A stretch of DNA of 63,815 nucleotides, the filler included, from Octopus bimaculoides (lineage: Eukaryota), in the NCBI RefSeq assembly GCF_001194135.2. It is 4 parts of 4 records of this genome, joined end to end, with 100 filler letters (N's around TTAATTAATTAA, not from the genome) between each part and the next. Parts side by side here need not be neighbours in the genome. Positions count along the whole stretch, not along the records: positions 24,673 to 51,928 come from NC_069000.1; 3 more parts are not named here. One strand, given 5' to 3'. The notes beneath the pieces were generated by a model. The model saw nothing but the letters and a program-made list of their open reading frames with translations, did not search any database and was not told the DNA's origin. Below are positions 28,085-39,529 of this stretch, piece after piece (position 1 is the stretch's first letter; each line of letters begins with the position of its first letter). Position numbers and translations under genes: made by a program.

Positions 28085-28720
28085 ACACATCTGCAATGGG
28101 AGTTGGAGGCAATATACAGGTGGGCTGAGGACAATAACATACATTTTAATGCTAGAAAATTCCAAACCCTGTGCTACCAGCATACAAAGCTAATTGGAAT
28201 GCATCCTCAGCTGCTTGGACTACTGCTCCTAACTATGGTCACCACACAGTATAAAATGAATGGTGGAACTCCAAGCAATTCAGCGAAGCTATGTAAAGAA
28301 AATTGTCTCAATGCAACATGTTGGCTGTTGGGAAAGGTTGAGAAAGTTAAGGCTCTACCCTCTAGAACGAAAACAAGAAAAATATGCAGTGATATACATC
28401 TGGAAGATCCTGGAGGGACTTATGCCAAACTTTGGCAACAAACAGCAGAACTGCACAATGCCAAGGATTCCAACATCACCATCAGAATACAGGACCAGAT
28501 ACTGCAACAGCTTGGGTTTCATAGCTCTTCGATATCCTTCCAAAGTGGCTGAGAAGAATGTAGGTGTCTTCTAAACAAAACTGGATCTCCTCCTGTCAAG
28601 GGCTCGAGATGAGCCTGCCTCATGGCAGGAAACACAGGTGACAGCAGCAACATCAAACTACCTCATTCATCAGATGTCACATTTCGGAGGTGGGTTCAAA
28701 TAATGAATGTGTAGCACAGC
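28085..28720 (+). mobile_element. CR1/L2-like LINE 3' fragment
   Basis: IYRWAEDNNIHFNARKFQ and ELQAIQRSY...WERLRKLRLYPLER..E.Y..IYIWKILEGL.PN. Confidence 0.75.
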
Positions 28721-28809
28721 CAAAAGGTGTGCCCCAACATGATGACAGCTTTCGTGCTAAAACTAGTCAACTCATACACTAGTCAACTGCTACAAAGGTG
28801 AAAGTGATG

Positions 28810-30435
28810 CCTTAGACAGAAATAATTACAGAGGCATTAAATTGCTGGGCCAGGTGATGAAAGGCTCTTAGCTCAATGATTAGGAAAAGAGTTAGTGTAC
28901 ATAAGATGCAGTTTGAATTTGTGCCAGGTAGAAGCACAACTGATGCTATATTCCTGGTAAGGTAACTGCAAGAGAAGTATTTTGCCAAAAATAAACCTCT
29001 GTACGTGGCTTTTGTTGACATGGAGAAAGCCTTTGACAAGGACTCCTGCTCTCTTATCTGGTGGTTAATGCAGAAGCTAAGGATAGATGAGTGGTTAGTG
29101 AGAGCTGTACAAGCCCTGTACAGGGATGCTGCCAGAATGGTGAAAGTTAACGAGTATAGCAATGAATTTAGTGTACAGGTAGGAGTTCATCAAGGATTAG
29201 TTCTCAGCCCCCTCTTGTTTATCATGGTCCTCCAGACCTTAACTGAGGAATTCAAGACAAGCTACCCCTGGGAGCTCTTCTATGTTGATGACCTTGTTCT
29301 TATAGCTCTGAATCACTCCCTGATCTAGAAAAGAAATTTTAGATGTGAAAGCAAAGCTTAGAGTTACTTTAGAAAAAAAACCAAAGTCCTAGTAAGTAGG
29401 AAAATAGACAAATCACAAGTTCCTTCAGGGAGATGGCCCTGCTCAATATGTAAGAAGAGTGTTGGTAGAAACTCCATATGTTGTGCCCAATGCAAGCTTT
29501 GGACACATAAGAGATGTAACGGTATTACAGGAATGTTAAGAGAGAAAATAGTCTTCGTGTGTGGTAAATGTGTGGGTTCAATAAGCACTAAAAATGTGCA
29601 GACAATAGGGCTCCCTCAAATGTTCAGGGTGATCATTAGAAGTAGTACATAGCTTCTGTTACTTTGGTGACCAAGTTAGCAGTGGAAGAGGAAGTTCTGA
29701 AAGTATAGTGGCTAGAATAAGAATGGACTGGGTAAAGTTCAGAATGAAAGGCAGATTGTATGATGCCTGTGTACATACAGTTATGTCACATGGCAGTGAA
29801 ACATGGGCTTTGACTGAAGAGGACTTGCAAAGGCTTGAAAGAAATTAAGCTAGCATGTTCCACTGGATCAGTAATGTCAATGTACATACATAACAGAGTA
29901 AATGATTTAAGAGGAAAACTGGGTATAAGGAAGCATCAGATGTGTGCAAGAGAGAAGACTGTGCTGGTTTGGACAGCTGCATAAAGAAGTGTTGAGCTAA
30001 TTGTGGAGGGAACCTGTGGAAGGGGTAGACCCAGGAAGATGTGGGATGAAGTGGTGAGAAAGGATTTTCAGACGCTGGGCCTCATTGAGGAAATGACAAG
30101 GGATGGGAGTTGTAGCAATTTGCTGTACTTGAGAAGAAACATCAGGATAAGTAAAATCGCTGTCATCCATACATACAAGTTTGTCCTCTACTGGTGCTGG
30201 TACCACATAAAATGCATTTGTGCTGGTGCTGTGTAGACGCATTCATGCTGGTGGCATGTGAAAAGCACCCAGCATACTCTACAAAGTTGTTGGCATTAGG
30301 AAGGTCATCCAGCCCTAGACACCATGCCACAACAGACAATTGGAGTCTGGACAGCTCCCCAGATGGTCAGCTCCTGTCAAGCTGTCCAACCCATGACAGC
30401 ATGGAAAATGAATGTTAAACGATGATGATGACGAC
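28810..30435 (+). mobile_element. Degraded RTE LINE
   Basis: Frameshifted RT (AFVDMEKAFD, GVHQGLVLSPLLF, FYVDDL), GRGRPRKMWDEVV and a (GAT)n tail; same family as 41281-43682. Confidence 0.88.
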
Positions 30436-30464
30436 ATATATATGTATGTAATGTTTACATACAA

Positions 30465-31110
30465 GTTCTAGGAATGTGTCTGATCTGTAAATTGATATAT
30501 TCAATAACTTAACACTGTGGTATGCGGTGGCTATATAAGCAATATGTTCGGAAATAGAAGTGGGTTAGATGGATGCTGATGAAGGGGCAACAACATATAC
30601 ACTCATTACCCACTTTTGTCTCTGATTTCATTGCTTGTTTACATCTGACATCTCAATACAAAAATCAGTGCTGGGTATAGTTTCTATAGAATATCTGTAG
30701 AAACAACCTTAAGAATAATGTAACAAGCACTGCTGACACAGTAGGATGTGGTACTGACTTATAAAAACATATAGTATACTTTATACTATATTGTGTTTGC
30801 ATAACAAAGTACCATGTACCTACAAACCTTTCGTGTTTGCATACCAGTTCCAGGAATGCATCTAATATGTAAATTGGTATATCCAATAGCTTAACACTGC
30901 TGTATGCAGTGGCTATATAAGTTATGTGTTCAGAGACAGAAGTGAGTTAGATAGGTAATGTGTGTATATGGCATATACACTCATTACCCACTTTTGTCTC
31001 CGATTTCATTGCTTGTTTACATTTGACGTCTCGATACAAAATGTTATAGTAAAAATCAGTGCTGGCTGTAGTTTTTATAGAATATCTGTAGAAACAACCT
31101 TAAAAATCAT
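30465..31110. repeat. Diverged tandem duplication, about 250-bp unit with about 380-bp period
   Basis: 30465-30712 vs 30845-31105 share catatacactcattacccacttttgtctc.gatttcattgcttgtttacat and atagaatatctgtagaaacaacctta. Confidence 0.85.
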
Positions 31111-31460
31111 ATATATCATCATCATCATTGTTTAACGTCTGCTTTCCATGCTAGCATGGGTTGGACGATTTGACTGAGGACTGGTGAAACCGGATGGCAA
31201 CACCAGACTCCAATCTAAATTTGGCAGAGTTTCTACAGCTGGATGCCCTTCCTAACGCCAACCACTCAGAGAGTGTAGTAGGTGCTTTTACGTATCACCT
31301 GCACAAAGGCCAGTCAGGCGATACTGGCAACGGCCACGCTCGAAATGGTGTCTTTTATGTGCCACCCGCACAAGCCAGTCCAGGGGCACTGGCAACAATC
31401 TCGCTCGAAAATCCTACGGAAGCCAGTCAGGCGGTACTGGCAATGGCCATGCTCAAAATG
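31110..31460 (-). mobile_element. RTE 3'-UTR-derived short element
   Basis: atcatcatc-gtttaacgtc...ctacagctggatgcccttcctaacgccaaccact, near-identical to 41281-41440; further copies at about 27780-28020, 46670-46960 and 56440-56610. Confidence 0.75.
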
Positions 31461-31578
31461 GTATATATATATATATTAATAGTAATGGTATGACAACAAA
31501 AGAATGAATGAGACCTTGATATTATGTAAATAGAGGAATTTATCTGTAATATAATATGTGACAATTATTCGGTTGCCA

Positions 31579-31641
31579 TAATAAAACTCAGAGTTTCGGT
31601 TGTTGGGGCGGAAATCTGCTCCGGCATCTCATCAGTTATTA
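31579..31641 (-). ncRNA. Degenerate minimal hammerhead motif
   Basis: Minus strand: TAATAA-CTGATGA-GATGCCGG...-GAAAC-TCTGA-GTT-TTATTA; 6-bp stem I, stem II mostly broken. Related copy at 59605-59664. Confidence 0.5.
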
Positions 31642-31743
31642 AGACAATCATATCTTTGAAACGTAATTGCCATTTAAACTTATGTGACGTGAATAAAGTA
31701 TAGTTTGTTGTCCTTTAAAGCTCCTGAGGCCACTTTCTCCTGT

Positions 31744-31833
31744 GGGCATATGGCGTAGTGGTTAAGAGCGCGGGCTACTAACCCCAAGATTCCGAGTTCA
31801 ATTCCAGGCAGTGACCTGAATGATAATAATAAT

Positions 31834-31873
<40 letters not shown>

Positions 31874-32010
31874 TCGAAAAATACCTTAGGAATGAGAACC
31901 CAGGTTTGAAGTTTCCCCAAGACACCTGATGAAGGCTGGAGGGTATATTAGCGGAAACGTTGTGTTAACAACAAAGATGAGGACAAATATCCGTCAAATG
32001 TAAGTAATGT
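31744..32010 (+). mobile_element. tRNA-derived SINE with (AAT)n spacer and hammerhead-bearing tail
   Basis: A box TGGCGTAGTGG (31751), B box GAGTTCAATTCC (31794), no acceptor stem; (AAT)n; then GACAC-CTGATGA...GAAACGTT-GTGTT (31921-31966). Confidence 0.7.
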
Positions 32011-32029
32011 ACATAATTCCTCATCTCTT

Positions 32030-32365
32030 AAATATAGAAAATGTTAATTGTTTCATCAAAACAAATCTCACCTGGTTTCTTTGGCAGAATATAATTACAG
32101 TATTTTTTGTCTTCAGCAGGAGATAACTTTCTTAAAAGTAGTTGCACTTTTTTCTTGTCAGTCCAATTGCTACATTCTTCTTTGAAGATTTCTTCATATC
32201 TTTGAAAGTATGCAGGGAAAGTAATTCCTTCTGGATTATAAATGAACTCTCTAATCAAGTTTGCCACAATGTCCAGTGTGAACAATCTTGAAGTACTTTT
32301 AGCCTTCTTCAACATTAATTCCAGCAACTGTTGTTGCTGATACAGCTGCTGCAACTGCACCATGT
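32030..32365 (-). mobile_element. Gypsy (Ty3) gag remnant
   Basis: EFIYNPE.ITF.AYF.RYE.IF..EC..W.D.KKV.LLLRKL...E..KYCNYILPK.P.EI.FDETI is typical of a Gypsy gag N-terminal domain; no LTR recognised. Confidence 0.75.
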
Positions 32366-32374
32366 GTTACTTCT

Positions 32375-32585
32375 TTACTACCCACAAGGGGCTACACACA
32401 GAGGGGACAAACAGATTAAGTCGATTATATCGATCCCAGTGCGTAACTGGTACTTATTTAATTGACCCCGAAAGGATGAAAGGCAAAGTCGACCTCGGCG
32501 GAATTTGAACTCAGAACGTAGCGGCAGACGAAAATACCGGTAAGTATTTCGCCCGGCGTGCTAACGTTTCTGCCACCTCGCCACC
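32375..32585 (-). mobile_element. Same tRNA-derived SINE family, young copy
   Basis: High identity to 56680-56895 and 59855-60080, with CpGs intact. Confidence 0.85.
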
Positions 32586-32999
32586 ATGTGGGCCAATAAA
32601 TCCTCCATGTTAACGATTTTTTTGTTTGGTTTCATACCAAAAAAATTCATCTGTCCAACATGAGCTTCGAATATTTCATTGCTGCTTTTATATCCTTTCT
32701 TAAGGATATATGATTTTAACAAAGTGGGGATAAAGCAATGTGTTCACAGATGTAACTTCCAACATGTGAAACTCCAACGCCTTCCACATGTCTTAACGAG
32801 ACACGTTACTCTTTATAAGAGTCAACAAGTCCACCTTTTAATCACACAGGGATGTTAATGTGTATCACCATAACAGTAACTCTAAAGTTATTCAAATTAA
32901 TTATGAAATGTGTAACTTTGTTTTCTATCCTTCTAGCTAGCTAGCTATCTAACTATCTATGTTTGTCTATGTATGTATAGATGGACGGATGCATGCAGT

Positions 33000-33770
33000 G
33001 CTGGATTTATCATTAAGCAAAATATCATCATTATCATTTATGTCCTCCTTGCATGCTTGCATGGGTCAGATAGTTTGACAGGAGCTGGCAAGTCACAAGT
33101 CTATGCCAAGCTCTACTGCCTGCTTTGACATGTTTTCTACAGCTGGTTGTTTTTTTTTTTATGTGGCACCAGTAGTAGGGAATCCACCTATTAACTTGTA
33201 GCACAAGCCCCCTTCACTGATGGGGAGTAGCATTGAGAAAGATTGCTTAGTGCTAGGTAATAAGAAGTTAATGTATGAATAGAGGGAGAGAAACATGTCT
33301 TGCAATAGAAGAGATACTTCAATTGGAGAGAGAAGGAACAGAGAAAGAGATAAGATGTGATGGGATGGGGATTGGATAGGGTGAATGGTTGAGTAATTTC
33401 ACAAGGTTACAAAATGAGTGGAAGATGGGGAGGGAGGAGAATGGAGTGAGTGAGCACAGATAAGGGGAAGTGTTGTTGTGGGGAAGAGATGTGACAGGAA
33501 CATAGTGTGCAGGTGGGTTTGCAAGGGACGTTGAGATGAATGGATATGAGGGAAAGGTTTGTCAGGAACAGATTGCATGGACATAAAGGACACGCCTTTT
33601 GGGCCTTGATTTTATTTAACTGGGTGGGTCTTTTCAAGCAACAGCAAATTACCAATTAACTCCTTTGTCCTCTCCTCAGTGAGGCTCAGCATGTGAAGAT
33701 TATTTTTCACCTCTTGGTCCCACATTTTCCTTGGTCTCTTTCTTCTGTGTGTTTCCTCCACATATTGAAA
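33000..33770 (-). mobile_element. Old RTE 3' fragment
   Basis: (ATC)n tail end and decayed similarity to the RTE 3' UTR and C-terminal RPRK.W segment seen elsewhere in the window. Confidence 0.5.
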
Positions 33771-34091
33771 CTAGCACATATGCATACACACACACACACA
33801 CACACACATTGACAAACATTATTTGACAATAGCTTCCGGCTAACTAAAGTTATGCCTTGTGAGTGGATATATGTATGTGTATGTCTGTGTACTTTGTCAT
33901 TGTTTACTTAGGTGGTGGAGTGATTGTTTATACTTGTTGGATCATTGTATGAAATATCAAGATGAAAAGTACCTTGCTTAAAAACACGAATGGATTAGCA
34001 ACACAGAAGGTTCCAGCTATAGAATACTGCCTCAACAGTTTTTGTCCAGTCCCTAGCACCATGGAAAAAGTAAACATAAAAATGTTGGTAA

Positions 34092-35391
34092 TCTATATAT
34101 ATATAAAATTGAGAATGTATTTCTGTGTGTGTGTTTGTGTGAATCCTTAAAACTCCAGAACTACACAACCAATTTCATTCAAATTTTACACATGCCTTAC
34201 TTAGGGTCCCGGTTGTGTTTTAGTAAAAAAAAAAAATTTTAACTTCTTGCATACTTCCAGCCCACAGCAACATCATATCTCCTCCACTATTTAAGTATTA
34301 CGTGTCAAAAGTGAAACAAAAACACTATTTTAGTATCATTCGAACTGGAATCTCAAAAACATTGTTATTATTAAATTTATGCATTTCTAATCAATTTTGA
34401 GATATTTGCTATCGAGTTGCAGATTTTTAACAATGCATTTGGTAATTATTTGCTTTATTTCTCGGGTAAAATTTACAACTTAGNNNNNNNNNNNNNNNNN
34501 NNNNNNNNNNNNNNNNNNNNNNNNNNNNNNNNNNNNNNNNNNNNNNNNNNNNNNNNNNNNNNNNNNNNNNNNNNNNNNNNNNNNNNNNNNNNNNNNNNNN
34601 NNNNNNNNNNNNNNNNNNNNNNNNNNNNNNNNNNNNNNNNNNNNNNNNNNNNNNNNNNNNNNNNNNNNNNNNNNNNNNNNNNNNNNNNNNNNNNNNNNNN
34701 NNNNNNNNNNNNNNNNNNNNNNNNNNNNNNNNNNNNNNNNNNNNNNNNNNNNNNNNNNNNNNNNNNNNNNNNNNNNNNNNNNNNNNNNNNNNNNNNNNNN
34801 NNNNNNNNNNNNNNNNNNNNNNNNNNNNNNNNNNNNNNNNNNNNNNNNNNNNNNNNNNNNNNNNNNNNNNNNNNNNNNNNNNNNNNNNNNNNNNNNNNNN
34901 NNNNNNNNNNNNNNNNNNNNNNNNNNNNNNNNNNNNNNNNNNNNNNNNNNNNNNNNNNNNNNNNNNNNNNNNNNNNNNNNNNNNNNNNNNNNNNNNNNNN
35001 NNNNNNNNNNNNNTGACAATCAACAAGGCGCAGGGACAATCAGTGCAAGCGGTTGGTTTGAATCTGACAGAGCAAGTATTCTTACATGCACAACTGTACG
35101 TTGGCTGTCGAGGGAAGGACGAAGAATGTTGTCTACCAAGAAGCACTCCAATGATAACAATGGCAGCTTCAACTGCTCCAATTTCAACTCCGCAATTTTT
35201 TCATCGTCCTGGCAGCCCATGTAAGTCCAGTCTTGCTTTGCTCTCCTTACTAACTCACCATGACATTCTTTTTTTTCTACCAAGATCCGTCGCCCAAACA
35301 CCACTTCATATCCACTTCTTCCTCTTTTTTATGTCTTTGTTTCTCTCTTCGCATCATTCTCTGACCGGGTGAAACCGGGCTTAGCTGCTAG
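34092..35391 (+). mobile_element. Internally deleted Helitron retaining the helicase C-terminus
   Basis: A|TCTATATATAT 5' end; (M)TINKAQGQSVQAVGLNL...F.HAQLYVGC Pif1 motif at 35014-35110; ccgg-gtgaaa-ccgg hairpin then CTAG|T; no target-site duplication; internal N gap. Confidence 0.85.
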
Positions 35392-37107
35392 TAATATATA
35401 TATAGTTCACTACTTCAGGTTATATTCTCATTTCCCCATTGTGTTCCCTTTCTTGTATTGACGTCTTTGGCTTATAATATCATTTCATCTTTAGTATATC
35501 ACTTTGTATTTTATTTAGTGTTTTTGGTGTCATTTGACCTTGCCTGTAAAAGCATGTATGTATGTCTGTGTGTGTATCTTCCTATTAGGATATGATGAAA
35601 GTAAAATCAAAGCCTTTGTCTTTAGCAACATTTCAATGCATGATTTTTTTTCCTTAGAGCTTCCTAATTGGGCAAAAATTAATGTAAAAAATTGGTGTTT
35701 ATATATATTGACAATCATCATTGTCATCATTACTTTATGTCCATTTTTCCATGCTAACTTGAGTTGAAAGAGTCATCAATATCAGATTTTGCTCTTATTC
35801 AGAGTTACTGTCCTAGATGAATCAGGGATTATATTTTGCTCTTTTGTTCCAGTAATTGTATAAATATTAATGATGATTTCACACATTGACAGGACAAGGT
35901 CACATTAGTAGGATGTGGTCACACAGGACAAAGTCACACAGTGAGGATGTGGTCATTGAAAGTCAATTTCGGTATATTTTATACATTGGCAGTGCAAGAC
36001 CTCATAATAGTAACAGAGGAGTAGTGTAGTCACTGTAATAAATGCCTATTATATGATTACTGAACATTTCATACATATTGGCAGCACCAGACTTCATATT
36101 ATTAGTAGAGAAGTGATGTAATCATTATAATAAAACCTTAGGACTTGACTGTTACATATTTTAGCCATCTCTGGTGCGACACAGGTAAAGTTGACATTTT
36201 GCTTTGTGCTTTCCACTTGTGGACAACCTTGGTATGTGTTTAATTTTCATGGACTAATGCTGAGGTAGTTTCTTGTTGACTTCTTATAGTTTTTTAATTT
36301 TTTTTTCAGGAACCCAACTTGTCGGCTATATACACTCAGAACATAAAAGGACAGACCAAATATTTTATCAAGTATTTTAGCTAATGCTATTATAATTCTG
36401 CCAATCTACTTTCCTTGACTGGTGCTCTATCAACCTCGAAAGGATGAAAGGCAAAGTTGAACTCAGTAAAATTCAAACTGAGACTGTAAAGAGCCACAAC
36501 AGATATTCCAAGGCATTTTGTTTGATATTTTAACAATTCTGCCAGTTTACCACCTTAACTTGATCCTGCTGGGATTTAAATTTAGAATGCAGAGACAAAT
36601 TTGAAATTTGTTCATGACAGAAAGAATTTTAAGTATTGTATACTCACCAAGCATTGCAATAGACACTGAAAAAAATTACAAATTTTTTAAACAATCATTT
36701 AAGGAATTATGCAAATTTGGAAAAGTATATTTTGAAAAACATATATTTACTCAGAAAATACAAACATGTAGGAATAAAATTATATTTTAGGTTCTGTATT
36801 TGTTTGCTTATTTTTACACATTTTAAGAAACTCCAGCTGAAGTGTCTTGGATATAACAAATCTGAATGAATCAACATTCCTTGCCAACTGACTTTCTAAA
36901 GCAATTTATCCTAGATATACTAATTTCATGTGATTGAGTTATCTTAGGTGTTAATAAACTCAATTGGAGTCAGGTTCTTGGGTCACAGATACTCTATCTC
37001 ACTGTGTCTCAGTCATATAGAGTGGACAAGATGTTGGTGTATTTACCAAATAGTAATTGTTACAAAATAATAATTATAATTAAAGAAAATTGATATAACA
37101 ATGTCTA

Positions 37108-37965
37108 CAAGGTGGTATCAAAAGGTTTCCAGACTAGTTCTGTAGCATGCTAACAGATAGCAGCACATGGTTGCATGCACAGTGAGAGCTAGCAGTGACC
37201 TTTGTGAGGCAGTATGCCAAGTGACATGGCTGTGTTTACTTTGCAAGTTGTGAAATTTGTGTTTTTGTGATCATATGTATGCTGTAGTCTGCGATTTTTG
37301 TCATGGACAGGAAGTTAGAACAAAGAACCACTGTGAAATTTTGTGTTAATCTTGGGAAGTCTGCTACAAAGACATTGAGCATACTTTGACAAGTTTATGG
37401 CAACAAGGCAATGGGTTGTATGAAATGTTTTGAGTGGTACAGGTGCACAACAGAGCCACAATGAAGAGCATGCTCATCATTTTTTTAAAGTCTGTGGTAC
37501 TGTGCATCGAGAATTCCTCTCCCAGGGTCAGACTATCAATCAAGAGTTCTACTGCAATGTTTTGAAGCATTAGAGGGAGGACATTTGGCGAAAGTGACTG
37601 GATCTGTGGAGTGTGAAGAATTGGTTTCTTCACAACAATGCACTCTGTCACTGAGCTCTCCTCATTTGTGAGCTTCTCATCAAAAAGAATATGGTATTGC
37701 TTCTCTTCCCCAAGATGAAAATGCAGCTCAAAGGTCGCTATTTTAACACTATTGTCAAGATAAAGAGTGAATTGCAGAAGGTCCTCAACTTGCTTATGGG
37801 AAATATCTTCCAGGCCAGATTCCAAAAGTGGCAGGAACACTGGGACTGGTGTATTGCTTGCTGCACAAGGTGACTATTTTGAAGGAGGTGATGTTAAAAC
37901 TTGTATAAATAAGGTTATTTTTTTATTAAACATAACTAGTCCAGGAACTTTTTGATACCACCTCT
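37108..37965 (+). mobile_element. Internally deleted mariner
   Basis: TA-flanked TIRs caaggtggtatcaaaagg / tttttgataccacctct; MDRKLEQRT.VKFCV.LGKSAT.T..IL*QVYG...FEWY N-terminus. Confidence 0.85.
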
Positions 37966-38721
37966 TATATGAATTTTTAAATGACTAATATGATTACACC
38001 ACAATTATAACATTCATAATGTATGGTGCAGAAAATAACAAATATCTGTAAACCCACAGGCATGAACATGTTGATAATCCGATTGGCAAGAAATGAAGTT
38101 TGCTCTATTTTACTAACACTGAAGATATATCCAGATGACTGCATATATGTATGTATACTAGACATTCTAGACTGCTAATGATTACATGATTGCTCTAATT
38201 GTATTGCACATCTAATTCTGCCACTTCTCATGTATAATCTAACTGATCAAAAATCAGGCTCCATTTCTGCTTCACTGATGATTGTTTAGTATTGGGAGGG
38301 ACATTTATTTGTTAAAACAAATCATCTAAGCACATACTACCAGTGCAAGTATATGTGTATTTGCATATACACATACATACTGTTTGAATATTCAAATATA
38401 CAGTCAGTATATGTATGTGTATGCTTGCATGTCTACCCGAGCTTTTAGAAAAGGTTTACCATATCCCTGTTTGTTATAAGAGGTGACTAAAATGTTTGAC
38501 ATCAGGAAGGGCATCTAGTCATAAAATACTACCTTGAAAAGTCTTGTCCAATCCATGCTGGCATAGAAAAGTGAATGTAAAAGCAATGGTGATGATGATA
38601 TACATATATGTAATTTGTATGCATAAATATATGATTTATGTGTGATATATATGTATGTATGTATGTATTCATTCATTCATTCATTCATATATGAATAAAT
38701 ATTTTCCTCTTTTTATTTCAG

Positions 38722-38820
38722 ACTGAATATGAAGGTCAAGTGAAACAGTTGCTGACAGTATTAGAGAAAGAGCATACTGATGCTATAGTAGTGGCTGGTG
38801 GTGATGGCACATTGCTGGAG
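38722..38820 (+). CDS. AGK: Acylglycerol kinase, internal exon (DAGK catalytic domain, GGDGT motif)
   Basis: tttcag|ACT...GAG|gtaact, 99 nt, phase 0-0. Translates TEYEGQVKQLLTVLEKEHTDAIVVAGGDGTLLE, matching the AGK segment T-x-YEGQ...IVAGGDGT as recalled from human AGK. Confidence 0.9.
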
Positions 38821-39189
38821 GTAACTGCTACCACTGCTTATTATTAAATCATCTCTTCAAAGAACATTGAGGAAAGTATATTGATAGTCTAATCTAAGGA
38901 TAGCTTCCTCCCTTCTTCCTACTAATTAAAAAGACCCTGAAGAATGTCATGGGTATCATGACTAAGCCATTAAAAAGAAAATTAATTTTCCCATTATGCT
39001 AAAGTTTCAAACATAAAGGTTCATAAATGAAATATTGATAGAATGTTTAAATTCAAGTATATATAACCAGGGTTTACATACATATATATATATTAAAGGA
39101 AAATGGACAACAAGACTAAGACAAGATGAGTATATCAGATCATTTAGAATATTTAGTTAGAGTAAGGTGAATCAAAATGTTGTAATTAA

Positions 39190-39529
39190 TGTCTTACGGC
39201 AGTTTCTGGGATATCCCTGGTGATGGGTCAACATCTCCATACACTGGATATTCTATCATCAGAGACAAGGTGTGAATGCAGGAAAGTTCCAGGCAGAGAA
39301 TTCACAGTGGATAGAAGAATAAAGACAGGAGAATAAAATTCACAGCTCATCTTGTTCCAAAGGGTATGGAAGTTAGTCCATACTTCCATGAAGGTATAGC
39401 CCATTAAGTATAATCTCAGGTAAACCCAGGCAGTATTTCTCATACACATCTTTTCTCTGATGACAGAATACTCAGTGTATGGAGATGTTGACCCATCACC
39501 TGGGATATCCCAGAAATAGTTGTAAGACA
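39190..39529. mobile_element. MITE with about 89-bp terminal inverted repeats, TTAA on both sides
   Basis: 39190-39278 pairs with the reverse complement of 39441-39529 (about 11 mismatches by eye); no ORF. Confidence 0.85.

Noticed and set aside
31744-31815. tRNA-like sequence
   Set aside because: Has A/B boxes but no pairing acceptor stem, and continues into a repeat body: a SINE head, not a tRNA gene.
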